The notes: generated by a model from the letters alone, not told the origin. A DNA stretch of 64,000 nt from Octopus sinensis (GCF_006345805.1 NC_043011.1:59532464-59596463); one strand, 5' to 3'; counted from the stretch's first letter, positions 25,708 to 39,036 are shown. Made by a program: numbers and translations.

Positions 25708-26077
25708 TGAGCGAACGGTCTTCGTCCCAGAGCTCGCAAGATGGGAGAAGTCCGAAACGTGGTCCTTTGATATTCGTAAGACCCGCAAAAGAGAAAGCAG
25801 GTCAACGCCCGACACCGAGAGCATCGACGGATGGATGAATGCGCATCCAGGCTCAGTGATTGCGTAGGAAGTCGGGGACAAGAAACAGGAAGAAAGAGTG
25901 AGAGAAAGTTGGGGCGAAAGAGTACAATAGGTGTCACCACCAGCCCCTGCCGGAGCCTTGTGGAAGCTTTTAGGTGTTTTCGCTCAATAAACACACACAA
26001 CGCCCGGTCTGGGAATCGAAACCGCGATCCTCCGACCGCGAGTCCGCTGCCCTAACCAATGGGCCATTGCGTCTCCA
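25708..26077 (-). mobile_element. Family C SINE head and body with a different tail (type 2) ending in (CAA/CAG)n
   Basis: 25880-26077 matches 18363-18555; 25708-25879 is unrelated to the type 1 tail. Confidence 0.85.
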
Positions 26078-27447
26078 ATGCTGCTGCTGTTGTTGCTGCT
26101 GATGCTGATGCTGCTGCTGCTGATGATGATGATCTTTTCTTCCATATAGGCAAAAAAAAAGCCTGAAATTTTGGCGGACGAGTGACTAGTCGATTACATC
26201 AAACCAAGAATTCGACTTGATTCTTGTTTTATCGTCCACTGTAATTCTTAGAATAAGAAAACAAAACTTTGTTGCATTTTTATTTTATTTTGTTTTGTAT
26301 TGTCTTTGTCTTTTTCTGGCAGAATAATGGGAAGACATAATAGCTGTGACGTATCAATATTTTTCAACCAATTATTAGAAAATAGAAACGAAACCCATAA
26401 TTTAACGATTGCTATATTTGTCGACGGACCGAGTGACAACTGAATTTCTTCTCTCTCTCTCCCTCTATCTCTCTCTCCCTCTCTCTCTCTCTCTCCCTCT
26501 CTCTCTCTCTCCCTCTCTCTCTCTCTCTTTCTGTCTTCTCCACTCTCAGACAAAGATCAACGGCCTAGAATTTCACTCTTTGGGACAAACGAATATATTG
26601 AAGTCTTTTATCAACTTCGCCTTTTTTGCAATGTCTTCAATCTCTACTGACATGTTAGCTTTACTTCTACTTGTCAAACTCTGCGCTTCACTTCAGATAT
26701 TTTTTGGTTCCATTCAGTTCTTCTCTCTCCCTTTATCCGTTTTAAACCACTCAAAATGTCAGGAAACTTTTCTCCTCACAATAAACAAACTTATCCAAAT
26801 TTGTGAACTTTGCTAAATGAATTTCTCCGACGTTGACAAACTCTACTCTCTTAGAACCATGATGTTTATGTTATATTTTATTTATTAACCGATTCGAAAT
26901 GATGCAGAATTAAACGTCATGTCCAGAAATACAACGAAATACCTTTTAACGTCGAAATCACAAGCTATAAATCGTCAATTACCGGTTAAATAATCTTTTC
27001 TCGCTCGGCTGTTGCGTCTTTAAACAATGCCATAATCTGATGATATAAATTTCGACCACCATCCTGTAATTACTAACTGCCGAAGACAGAGCAATAATTA
27101 AGAAGAAGAAATGGTAGCAACACTGCAGTGAAAATGATGGTAAACCAATCACTTTATATCAATTTCTAAACAGGCAGTAACAGCAAATGACCACAGGGTA
27201 GGAAAGGAAACGATCAATGCGGTTTGTAGTCTGTTAACGACACAGCATTATTGTCCCATCTTGTTAAATCGTTGAACTTAATTGTTGGTAATGACCAAAA
27301 AGAGAGTAATAGATTTAAACAACAGCGGTAATTAGAGCGCTAAGGATATTCTGATTGTCTCTTAGAGAGTAAGGTGTGACAGGGACGAAACGGAGTGGAT
27401 TTACTCACGGTGTATGACTTCAGTGGTGTCTTCATTGGATATATATC

Positions 27448-27863
27448 TATTTCTTTACTACCCACAAGGGGCTAAACTCAGAGAAGACAAACAAGGACAG
27501 ACAAACGGATTAAGTTGATTATATCAACCCCAATGCGTAACTGGTACTTATTTAATCGACTCTGAAAGGATGAAAGGCAAAGTCGACCTCGGCGGAATTT
27601 GAACTCAGAAAGTAACGGCAGAGGAAATACCTATTTCTTTACTACCCACAAGGGGCTAAACACAGAGAGGACAAACAAGGACAGACAAACGGATTAAGCC
27701 GATTTTATCGACCCCAGTGCGTAACCGGTACTAATTTAATCGACCCCGAAAGGATGGAAGACGAATTCGACCTCGGCTGAATTTGAACTCAGAACGTAGC
27801 GGCAGACGAAATACCCCTAAGCATTTCGCCCGTCGTGCTAACGATTCTGCCAAGCTCGCCGCC
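27448..27863 (-). mobile_element. Family A SINE with tandem-duplicated body
   Basis: Two consecutive body units, as at 10505. Confidence 0.9.
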
Positions 27864-28667
27864 CTTTTGTTGGATATATATCTGTTCGTTAAAAATCAAA
27901 ACCGCTTTAGAAAAATAATGCCTTCCTCGGTGAGTGTGGAATTTTTTGATTTTTTTGATTGCCAATGTCCAAGGCAGTCACGTGGATGGCGATAATTATG
28001 AACGTAAGCTCACGGAAGGACACGAACTCAGCATTGTGAGCGAGCGAGTTAAGGAATCTCTAGATGCTATTTGGTCAATCTATAGATTAGAAATAGCAAT
28101 CTAATTTCCCTAAAAACACATCCTGTCAACATAAAGGGTGCGTTAGAAAATGTAGTCACTTATTTACCTTCTTTTAGAGATTCACCCTACGGTGTCCTCT
28201 CAGTAGAGAAACTATTGTGGACCACCGACCACTTTCTGGTATTGTATGCATTTTTATTGTCTGTCAGCACCATCCATATGGTCTTAGGATGTGTGGGGCA
28301 AAAAAAGAGCAGAACGGGTGCAGCAAGGATGCATATTAAAAGTGGGGAGCCATCTGTGCGATATTAGGGTGGGATAGACGTTAATTCATATGTTCAAATT
28401 TATACATTCAAAAATATCCAGGCGGATAATTTCTTCCTGAAATTAAGATAATGGCCAAGATAGAAGTAGACTGAATAATCTGGCAATGCAGGAGTTTAAG
28501 ACATTGTTATCACTTTTGGCCTTCGGCGTTTAGTAATGTTTTGGTTGGCGGTCGGTGCCTACGATCAACTTGTCATAGGCTTCGGTTATACGGCATTGTT
28601 GTTCGTAGTTGTTGTCATTATACTCATACAGAGACAAACGTGTATATGTACACATACACATACATTC

Positions 28668-28720
<53 letters not shown>

Positions 28721-28799
28721 AATGTCTATTTGCCTACTCAAAGTGGCAGTCCTGCGTTGAACGATGTTACTACTTTTTAGCCCTAGGAAAACATATATT

Positions 28800-28838
<39 letters not shown>

Positions 28839-29386
28839 AGACATGTGTGTATGTGTGAGTGCGTGCGTGTGTCTTACAGTTTTGGAATTGTGTAGATTAT
28901 TTTAAGGTTCGTTCTGACCCGGAACAGAGTATGCTATGAGGGAAATTTCCCTGCAATTTTTAACCTATCGCTTGATGCCACACCATATAGGTACTTATTA
29001 ATTCCTTGGCTCACACGCTTGAACATTTGAGCTTTAGTGATTTTGTGAGCTTATCTTCGCAATAACAACCACCCTCGCGACCCCGTTTTTAATCATAATA
29101 CACCACAATTACCCTACTACGAAAACTACCCAACAACTTCCACATTAAATATATCAGGCCGAACTTAACTAATTATATGAGTTTCATCCAAGATTCACTC
29201 TAGAGAAGTTCTGCCATGTCATTAAATAAAATTGTCTTATCAGTGAATGAGCCGCGCAAAAATCTTAAAATTAGTTAAATGACCTCATAAATACATACTG
29301 CACAATATTCGGGTGGTAATGTTTAATAAGGTCGAAATTTCTCAAGAGTTGTAACCCTAATATCAGAGTCGTTCTCTACTACTTAC

Positions 29387-29472
29387 CTTTTTTTTAACAT
29401 CTCTGCAACTTAAATCTCTCCCCTCCTCTGCGTCTCCCTCACTCTCTCGCTCTTCTTCTTTCGTTTTCTTTC
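29387..29472 (-). other. Candidate internal exon (86 nt)
   Basis: Acceptor tatttcttgttttcag and donor AAG|GTAAGT both near consensus; purine-rich; only one open frame (KKTKEEERESEGDAEEGRDLSCRDVKKK). Confidence 0.5.
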
Positions 29473-30647
29473 CTGAAAACAAGAAATACTAACGTAAATT
29501 GCTTTCCTTTTTTATTGGAAGTTTATTTTCAATCGATTGACCAAACGTTTTCACTCAAAATATAAAACATTGTAGCCTACTATGGTGTAGCTATATCTTT
29601 TCTATGCAAAACATGACCCTTCGGTACCTCATTACCACCACTCCTTGGTTGAGTGAAGAGTAAATGACCACCTTGTAGCGATAGCATTCATAGATTAATG
29701 CCTGACCAAATACAAAGCCACGGCAGAGTAATAAGAAACGAACAACAATAACAGCTGTTGATGTGATAACTAAAGCAAACGATGGCTTATCTTAAATTGA
29801 GCAAGTAAACAGAACGGCTGAATCACTGAATACCGGTGTGCAGCGAACTGTTGCAACATAAATATACCACATACAGTTTATATATATATATATATAGGTA
29901 TGTATGTATATATAACTGCCTTAAATGGCAACGCTGGCATTATTATGCTTTGCTGATAATAACTGAAGAATTTTGCTGTGTTCCGTGTGTGAAGGAGAGG
30001 TAGGTGTTTATTTAACTGTTCCCTTGATTCGAGACGGAGAGAGAAATACCGAAAGAGAGAGAGAGAGAGCGAAAGACAGACAGACAGTTAAACAGATAGA
30101 CTGTGGTTGATAGTGTATTTGCCAATGAAGAGAATGGATAGACTGTGTGCATACTTGTGAAGTGACGAATTAATATGAATATTTATGTCTTCGTGTTGAG
30201 AACAAGTTTGAGAGGAGAGAGAGAGAGAGAGAGAGAGACTGAGAGATAGGTATAGAAAGACAGACAAACAGAGACAAAGAGGATAGACAGACAGAAAGAG
30301 AGCGGAGAAAGAGAGACAGACAGAGAGAGAGAGAAACTAGAGGTTAAAATAGTAGGGAGAAAGCAGAAAATAGGTAAAAGGCAGACGAAGAGAAAGAAAA
30401 GTAATAAAGATGGAGATTGACGTAAATATAGAGAGACAAAAATACAGAGCCAGATGTAATTACAGATAGAATTTTAAAAAACACACAAATATAAACAAAC
30501 AAATAGCACAAAAATAATTGTGTCGAGAGTGAAAAAAAGTAGAATGTGTATTTTATTTGTGGCGTGATTCACGTTCAGTTCATTCTGATTACATTATATA
30601 TTTTCTATATACATATATATAAAAAAAAAGAAAATCATTATATATAT

Positions 30648-30821
30648 TCTTTTCTATTCTAGGCACATGGCCCAAAATTTTGGGGGAGGGGGACAGTCGA
30701 TTAGATCGACCGCAGTACGTAACTGGGACTTACTTTATTGACCCCGAAATGATAAAAGGCAAAATCGACCTCGGCGGGATTTGAACTCGGCGTGCTAACG
30801 TTTCTGCCAGCTCGCCGCCTT
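30648..30821 (-). mobile_element. Family A SINE (internally deleted)
   Basis: Core domain plus head, reverse complement. Confidence 0.85.
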
Positions 30822-31028
30822 CTTATAGTTCATATATTGTCGTTGCAGGCTTACCCATATCTACTAAACCCTATTGTATATTTTGCTGTTATGTGGGTCC
30901 AGTTTCAGTCTCACTGCACGGCACCTTGAGCAATTGTCTTTTACTAGATCCTCGTGCCGACAAATGCTTTTGAGAAACGGAGAATTTGTGAAAACTCGTT
31001 CTGTGTGTGTGTGTGTGTGTGTGTGTGT

Positions 31029-31088
<60 letters not shown>

Positions 31089-32100
31089 TAGACCCAATGA
31101 AAACTCAAAAAGCTTAGACAATCCATTCGAATGAAGAGACCGAACAAGAGTCCTAAATCGACCCGCATTCCCCATAACAATGTGCGCCAACACAAATCTT
31201 AGATAAAATAAAATCCCACAATTAGAAACTGGAGGGATTAGCGATCCCCCCATCCAGTGTACCCAGATCTGCCGCTCTCCAGGCTCTACCTGTTCAGTCC
31301 AATGAATATATAGGGTTTGAGGAAAACGATTTTGATGACACAAAATGAAGAGAAAGCGACTGTAAAGAAGCGGGTAGCACATTGCACGGGCTTACGTTTT
31401 CTAAGAGAGATAAACACTTGCGCTGAACAATGGCGAAAATGCATCAATTGTGATAGAGACTAAACTGAATAACACGTCTGAGTGAAGAAAGAGTTAATGT
31501 GTCAACAGATGTAATATGGACGACGTTAATAAGAAACTTTATGCCCCGGTTTTGCATTATATTCAGCACATTACCTGCTAGCTTCTGCTGTATTTGAGAA
31601 AATTACAATGTTAAACTTAGAGGCCGACAACTTAGACGTAAATAATTATGTGAAGAATTTGTATGGGCAAATCCTTGTCTACCGAGCATAATTTCATTTA
31701 AAGCCAAGCCTGACAATCGCAACCTAATATGGTACATTTCGCTAATACGTGCAACGCAGGCGCGGGCACAGACACACAAACATATGTATGTATATGTATG
31801 TATATAAACAAATTTATATGTATCTGTATATGTACGCACATATATGTATATATGCATATATGTATGTATATATATGTATTTATGTACGTATATGTGTATA
31901 TATGTGAACATACATGTATGCACATATATATATGTGTGTGTATGTGTGTGTGTATGTGTGTGTATGTACGTGTCTATGCATGTGTGTGCATGTGTATGTA
32001 TGCATGAATGTATATACATATGCATATATACACACACACACATATATATATATATACACACACACACATATATATAAATATAGAGAGAAAGAAGGAGGGA

Positions 32101-32300
32101 GAGGCATAGCTATGTGATTAAGAACCTCGCTTTGCAACCACGTGGTTTCGTGATTTCTTCCGCTACGCGGCGCCTTGGACAAAATGCCTTCTACAACGCC
32201 TTGCCCCAAAAGTCCCAAACTTTTTCAAAACATAAAAACTGGCGGCGACTTGTTCGAATCAACCATTCAAGGCGCCATCCCGCCCTTAATGCAGTTTACT
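32101..32300 (+). mobile_element. Degenerate family B SINE
   Basis: gctatgtgattaagaacctcgct...gcggcgccttggacaaaatgccttctac. Confidence 0.65.
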
Positions 32301-32411
32301 GGCTAAAACAAGATATACATGATATATATATATATATATATTTACACAAATACATATTTATATATGTATAAAATCCATAATGGAAACGGACCTCATTCCT
32401 CCACGTGAACA

Positions 32412-32473
32412 GCTTGACAAATTGTTAAGATATTAAGATATAATATTTTTCTTAACATGAAACCAATGGTAGC
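32412..32473 (+). ncRNA. Decayed hammerhead motif in a (TA)n-flanked repeat
   Basis: gc UUGACAA AUUGUUAAGA...UCUUAACAU GAAA CCAAUGG UA gc; two core transitions relative to CUGACGA, stems II and III retained. Confidence 0.45.
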
Positions 32474-32547
32474 ATTAAAACACAAATAAAGTAATTTTAT
32501 CCATCAATGCGGTGTTGAGCACTCATTCTCGTTGATCGACAATAACG

Positions 32548-32603
<56 letters not shown>

Positions 32604-32833
32604 GGGGGGAACGAGACAGAGAAAGAGAGGGAGAGTGCGTAAAGAACTATTACACATAGCCGTATTACTATTTATGATATAGAGAGCTATTTGTTGTGAT
32701 TAGATATTGCCAAGTATTGTAAATGACCACAAAAGTGGAACGTGCATCAGAACAGAGAATGAAAGTTAGTTCTTATCGAAATTTCTCCTATACGTACATA
32801 GATACATACATAGAGGCATACATATATATATAT

Positions 32834-33250
32834 ACTCTTACTCTTTTACTATTTTACTTGTTTCAGTCATTTGACTGCGGCCATGCTGGAGCACCGCCTT
32901 TAGTCGACCAAATCGACCCCGGGACTTATTCTTTCTAAGCCCAGTACTTATTCTACCGGTCTCTTTTAGCTGAACCGCTAGGTGACGGGGACGTAAACAT
33001 ACCAGCATCGGTTGTCAAGCAATGCTAGGGGGACAAACACAGACACACAAACATATACACCTACACACATATATATATACATATATACGACAGGCTTCTT
33101 TCAGTTTCCGTCTACCAAATCCACTCACAAGGCATTGGTCGGCCCGGGACTATAGCAGAAGACACTTGCCCAAGATGCCACGCAGTGGGACTGAACCCGG
33201 AACCATGTGGGTGGTAAGCAAGCTACTTACCACACAGCCACTCCTGCGCC
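32834..33250 (-). mobile_element. Family B SINE, full length
   Basis: ggcgcaggagtggctgtgtggtaag head to (gagtaa)n tail. Confidence 0.92.
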
Positions 33251-33268
33251 TATATATATATATATATA

Positions 33269-33323
<55 letters not shown>

Positions 33324-33709
33324 CATACATACAGACACACATACACATCTCTGCGAAAAGATCTCAGAATTTTTATTGATTTGCTTTTCGTAGAAAGGAA
33401 AGTTTCTTGTCGAAGATACGTCTCGCTTTCACCTTCGAAACGTAGAGTAGATGAAACCATAGCGACTGAAGAAGAGGTTTTTTCTTTGTGTTAATTTTCC
33501 TGTACTCTATTTTTTTGTTGATTAAAAAAATCTCCAGTTCCCTTGGTTTGTGTCTATGTTTTCGTTTCTCATTGTGTTCGACGTCTTTTTGGTGTCCTGT
33601 ACCCATATATGCGTGTATATGTACATGTAGAGGTAGGTACGTACATATATGTTTATATATATGCATATGCCCTATTTATTAATATATATATATATATATA
33701 TATATATAC

Positions 33710-34142
33710 GCGGGAAAGAAGCAACAAGAATGGATAGGTTTTTAGTACAATCGTTTCATACAAGGACAGGCTTTATTAAAAGTTGTAAAAATTACAGCAT
33801 ATAAACGTGTCCCGTACTCATCAGCTAAAATACATGTGAGTTCTCTAGACATCCTAGTGGTTGAGGCTATACAACCACTAGGATGTCTAGAGAACTCACA
33901 TGTATTTTAGCTGATGAGTACGGACACGTTTATATGCTGTAATTTTTACAACTTTTAATAAAGCCTGTCCTTGTATGAAACGATTGTACTAAAAACCTAT
34001 CCATTCTTGTTGCTTCTTTCCCGCTTATAATCACCCCGCATTACTGTATTGTTAAAACAGTATAGTTTTTTTTTTGTGCATCTAAGTTAGGTACCATATT
34101 CAAGTAAATTCATTTAAATTAACTTGAATCTTTATTGCTTTT

Positions 34143-34145
<3 letters not shown>
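33710..34145. mobile_element. Penelope-like inverted terminal repeat: 154/153-bp near-perfect palindrome (33710-34024) plus extension
   Basis: Arms 33710-33863 and 33872-34024, 8-nt loop aggctata, one indel; embedded in (TA)n. Confidence 0.85.
33905..33994 (+). ncRNA. Type I hammerhead motif with long stem II (mirror copy on minus strand at 33740-33830)
   Basis: uuuuag CUGAUGA GUACGGACA...UGUCCUUGUAU GAAA CGAUUG UA cuaaaa; 6-bp stem I, GUA cleavage triplet. Confidence 0.75.
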
Positions 34146-34181
<36 letters not shown>

Positions 34182-34609
34182 CATAAGATTAACTAATTTT
34201 TCATTCACTCTAGTGCGTGTTGGCAATGTGCCTTAAACATTCCTTTTTTTTCGTGATTTGTGTTTAACTGCCCTTTTTAGCTTGTAAAAGAAGCCCTGTT
34301 AAGTGTCTTCTCTCCGTGTATAAATCTTTATACACTCTTACATAAGATATATATGTGTATGTATGTATGCATGTATGTATGTATGTATGTATGTATGTGT
34401 GTATGTGTGTAATCCTAATTCAGTGCGTAAATTCGTTTTTCGTGTCTGACGTCTAACGTTGAAAATGTGATTATATTAGTTTAAGCTTGCTATTCACCTA
34501 ACAGCTTTGCTTGACGGCATAAACCAAATGTAGTTACTATCCACAATAAAACGTTTCTTCCCTCTTATATTTCAGAAGGATGGTCATCATTTCGGTGTCT
34601 ATATTATAT

Positions 34610-35100
34610 TAATAATAATCTTAGTCGTTCAACCGATCATATTTATAGGAAAAATAATATTTAACCTCACTTATTGTATTAAGCGTCCGATTCATCGAAA
34701 TAGAGAAATATTATAGTAAATCTATTAATTAACATCGGAAAAAATGAAGTCTGTCCATTTTCCGATGCCATTCAATTTGATTTCAGCGAATTGTTTGATT
34801 TAAATTATATTGGTTATCGGAATTGTTCGAAGCACTCGATCAACAGTTGAAACTCACGCGTTCGTAATATTTCAAAATGGAGTCGTGTTATCGAAATAAA
34901 GCACAGGGTCCTTAAAAACGCTGGGACTTGAATCATTAAAGACGTGTTAAAGGAGTTTATTGTCTTGCTGTCATTCGGATTAGAGGTTCCTCTTCGCTAC
35001 ACCCACACAACGTTTTTACCGTTGTGAAACCAGGATTTTCTACAGATGAAGAATTTTGGCATTAGTTTGGAATCCGATTGCGTTGACAGCCCAGAACTCG
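34610..35100 (-). mobile_element. Decayed Penelope-like ORF C-terminus (linker and GIY-YIG region)
   Basis: Remnants TNAK, TTVKTLCGC, FKSQRF, and EVKYYFSYKYDRLN* resemble the PLE C-terminal E-yFI-k-p-LN motif; lies between two hammerhead-bearing inverted repeats. Confidence 0.4.
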
Positions 35101-35305
35101 GGTTGAGTGCTTCTGCGGAAATATGTCACATTTATGCCCTGCCAAGACCTAAGATATACCTATATATATATATATAATATATATATGTAAGTTCAGCAAG
35201 ATTCAGATTCAGACGAATATGGTACTTAAGTCAGAGGCACCAGAATTTTGTATGGTATTATCCATATAAATCCATGGGGTGATTATATACTTGTTGCTTA
35301 TTTTG

Positions 35306-35339
<34 letters not shown>

Positions 35340-35342
<3 letters not shown>

Positions 35343-35748
35343 GTAAATGCAATATGTGACACTTATTCGGTAGTCATGATAAAACTCCGAGTTTCGGATG
35401 CCGAGGTGGAAATCCACACTACCATCTCTTCAGTTATCGGGCCATCGGAAAAACGCTATGAAAAATAATCGTTATACAAAGGGAAATTACTGTGTTATTG
35501 ACCGCTATTTGGACAAAAGCGCTATTCGAATGATCGCTAATTAAGGTAAGGGGGTTAAAAGTTCATAGTATACGCGTAAGCTCGACTGTTCATACGTATA
35601 CCTGTGCACCCGCACAACTACGTGCATACGCATACAAACTCAGAGTTTTATCTTGGCTACCGAATAATTGCCATATATTACATTTACAGAAAAATTCCTC
35701 TATTTACATAATATTGAGGTTCTTTCTTTTGTTATCTTACCGTTTTTA

Positions 35749-35750
<2 letters not shown>
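35340..35750. mobile_element. Penelope-like remnant with inverted repeats (35340-35394 and 35636-35690)
   Basis: tctgtaaatgcaatatgtgacacttattcggtag...gagttt versus aaactcagagttttatcttggctaccgaataattgccatatattacatttacaga; (TA)n on both sides. Confidence 0.7.
35378..35438 (-). ncRNA. Type I hammerhead motif
   Basis: gauaa CUGAAGA GAUG...CAUCC GAAA CUCGGAG UU uuauc; stem I gauaa/uuauc, quasi-palindromic stem III. Confidence 0.65.
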
Positions 35751-35838
<88 letters not shown>

Positions 35839-36077
35839 GATAGATAGATAGATAGATACATAGATATAGATATATATATGAAAATATATACATATATATA
35901 TATATATACATATATACATACATATATATATGTGTGTGTGTGTATACAGAGAGAGGAGAGAGAGAGAGAGAAATAGTTATTATAATGGAATAATTACTGT
36001 GAAGCATTGTGTAGAATATATTGTATAAAAGATCGAAGGTAAATCACAAGAAAACAGATATGTGAATTAAGACTCAC

Positions 36078-36169
36078 CTTGCATTCAATATTTCGGGGTT
36101 TTGAACCCATTTTCAAGAAATTGAAAAATGTTGCCGATGTGGGTTTTATACAATACACCGTCCTCTTCA

Positions 36170-36235
<66 letters not shown>

Positions 36236-36296
36236 AAGAGAAGAAGAAGAAGAAGAAAGAGGGGGAGAGGAATAAGAAGAAGAAGAAGAAGAAATA

Positions 36297-36343
<47 letters not shown>

Positions 36344-36404
36344 GTAATAATAAAGGAGCTCTTAAAGTCCTATGCAACGTATTTTCTGTCTAATATCTTC
36401 ACAT
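36078..36404 (-). other. Candidate exon, mostly non-coding and microsatellite-containing
   Basis: Acceptor ttttctttcttggtttcag, donor AAG|GTGAGT; ends with AAAATGG reading MGSKPRNIECK in phase 0. Confidence 0.4.
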
Positions 36405-36566
36405 CTGAAACCAAGAAAGAAAATATTTTTCTTTTCCTGCCTGCCGTCAAAATCCCAGCTTTCACATGAACAAAAATAACATTACTACCACACCACACTT
36501 ATTCAACAACGACACCACCTACTACTACTACTACTACTACTAATAATAATAATAATAATAATAATA

Positions 36567-36608
<42 letters not shown>

Positions 36609-38090
36609 GTGATAATAATAATAATCTGGTCGTTCGATTGAAAAAGCGGACACTCTCATTTAGATGTTCATGCTAAAAGACAATAGAACAAATATAGAAT
36701 CGGTAAAGGAGCTTAAGAGAAATTCTATAACGTTATAGCAATTGAGCTGCGAGTAATTCTCTTTCTATTCGCTGATAACGATAAGCTTTGCAAGGCAGAC
36801 AATACCATCGGCTCTACATGCACCAAACAACAATAACAAAACGTGAGACCATCAAAGGAATGTGACATGTTTTCGAGATGCTATAACGAGTCTTCAGATT
36901 TATTTGGGAGAAAAGCAGAGATTATGACACGCTCATGTCTTTCTCGAGAGCATTAGCAGTGTAAATGAAGTAAAATGACTAATTGAAAAATCGAAACCGT
37001 ATTACGGCCTCGTTTCTTCAAGAAGCTTATTTCTATTCGAGGGCGTTCACTTCAGTTGCAATATACGACGATTGCAATATTTATTTTTAGCATTGTTACA
37101 AGGCTTCGAATTTGGGGGAAATATATAGTCGGCAATATCGATCCAGGAATTGATCGAGGTTTCATTTTAGTTTATCGATTCATATGAATGAAAATCAAAG
37201 TTGATGTCTGCGAGAATTGAACTCGAAACATATGAGGCCGTGGCATAATACTGACAGGGGCTTTATGAAATGTTCTGCGAAACCAATCGCAATAATGGAA
37301 GAAAGACTTACGTCACTAATGCCTCTTCAAAAACATATGCACATCAGAGAAACTGATCTCGTTTTCCTATAAAAGTATCGTCTTTATAACTAAGAGATCA
37401 AAATGCAGACTGAATCAGTTTATTTTATCAAAAAGGAAACAGGAAATTCAGCAAGACGATTGATGTGAGGTTCTAAGTACATCTTTCTATTAACATCTCA
37501 CTTTCTTCGCTATATAAATGATAAATATGCATTTTTCACTTTTCTAAGAGCAAAGTTTAAAGAATTACTTGTATAATTTAAACAAGTTTATAGTTACTCC
37601 AAACAAGATGGCAGCGTGATTATAATGCTACACTGAATATGGAATGGAAGGGCTCCTCGTGTTATTTACGTTTAGACAGACAAGAAACCCATATGCAAAA
37701 GCAAAAAATCAATGAAGAAAAACGAATTTTCATGGTTTTGCTGATTCAGTTGAAGAAAAATCAAAATATGCACCGGACTAGAATAAACAAGATCTTAACG
37801 ATTAGCAAATCCTTTTGAAGCTTATTCAAACCAGTCAGAAAATGGTAGCTGGGAGCAAAGTTCATATATTATAATAATATTCACATTTAAAACCACAAAT
37901 GCACGGTTTATACGCATCAAACTTATGAATAAGATATATTGAAATAATTAAACTATAAAAACCGAAACGTGAGAGGAATTAGAGAGCAATGTGTATTTAC
38001 TGGAACTTCTAGGGCAGGCCACAATGTTAAAAGTATGCACACGCACACATACGTGCGCCGGTGAGTTGTATTCATATATTTATATGTATG

Positions 38091-39036
38091 CGAGGGGAAG
38101 TAGTCAAAATTATCCGTACTTTGGCCATAGAATATCTTTCTTATTATCACAGTGCCTTTAAGGTGGCGAGATGGCAGAATTGTTAGCACGCTGGACGAAA
38201 TGCTTAGCAGTATTTCGCCCGTCGCTACGTTCTGAGTTCAAATTGCACCGAAGTTGACTTTACCTTTCATCTATTCGGGGTCGATTAAATTGAGTATTGG
38301 GGTTGATGTCATCGACTATCTCCCTCCCCCAAATATCAGGCTTTGTGCCTGTTATAGAAAGGAAAGGATTATCACACTGCCTTCTGTGCACGCGTGCTTG
38401 TTGTTGGTACTATTGTGCTCACGTAATCGAAGTTTGATCTGATCACGCCATTTTTCTTTCTGGCTTTACGGTGTAAGCATGGCCGCTGCACCAGCAGTGT
38501 GCATCAAAGGGGAACATTAATCCGATTTCTCTGGTCGGTAGGTATGTCAGGTGCTGAAATTCATCGGAGGCTGTTCGCACAATACGAGAACAACACACTA
38601 CAGTAGAGTAGATCGAGAACTTTAAAAGTAGCCGGACAAGCGTGACACATGAAGAGGGAGTAGAACGCCTGTCAACCTCCACCACATACGAGAAGATTCT
38701 GCAAGCTCGAGAGATGGCAATGATGACCCGGTTCACCATTGCCATTTCTTGGATCACTGCTCTTTGTTCTTCATTGCTACTGGAGCGGCCACTGCTACTG
38801 TAGCGGTCATTGCTACTGTAGCGGCCACAGTAGCGGCCATTGCTACTGGCGCACATTGCTACTGGAGCGGCCAGGCTCACACCGTAAAGCCAGAACGAAA
38901 AATGGCAAGATCAGGTTCAAATTTCGATCACGTGACCACAATAGTACCGACTATGAACACGCATGCGCTGGAAGCAGTGTGACAATAAAAAAGATATGTT
39001 ATGGCGAAAGTACTGATAATATCTGACTTACCCCTG
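38091..39036. mobile_element. Mariner-derived foldback element made of two head-to-head 5' ends
   Basis: About 190-bp inverted arms ending cgagggg/cccctg-TA; + strand encodes IRFLWSVGMSGAEIHRRLFAQY...FKSSRTSVTHEEGVERLSTST (mariner HTH), - strand encodes EEQRAVI. Confidence 0.85.
38160..38368 (+). mobile_element. Family A SINE inserted in the mariner arm, with target-site duplication
   Basis: TSD ttatcacagtgcctt (38144-38158) and ttatcacactgcctt (38369-38383). Confidence 0.9.

Noticed and set aside
36860-36902. Hammerhead-like CUGAAGA...GAAAACAUGUC on the minus strand
   Set aside because: No stem II pairing.
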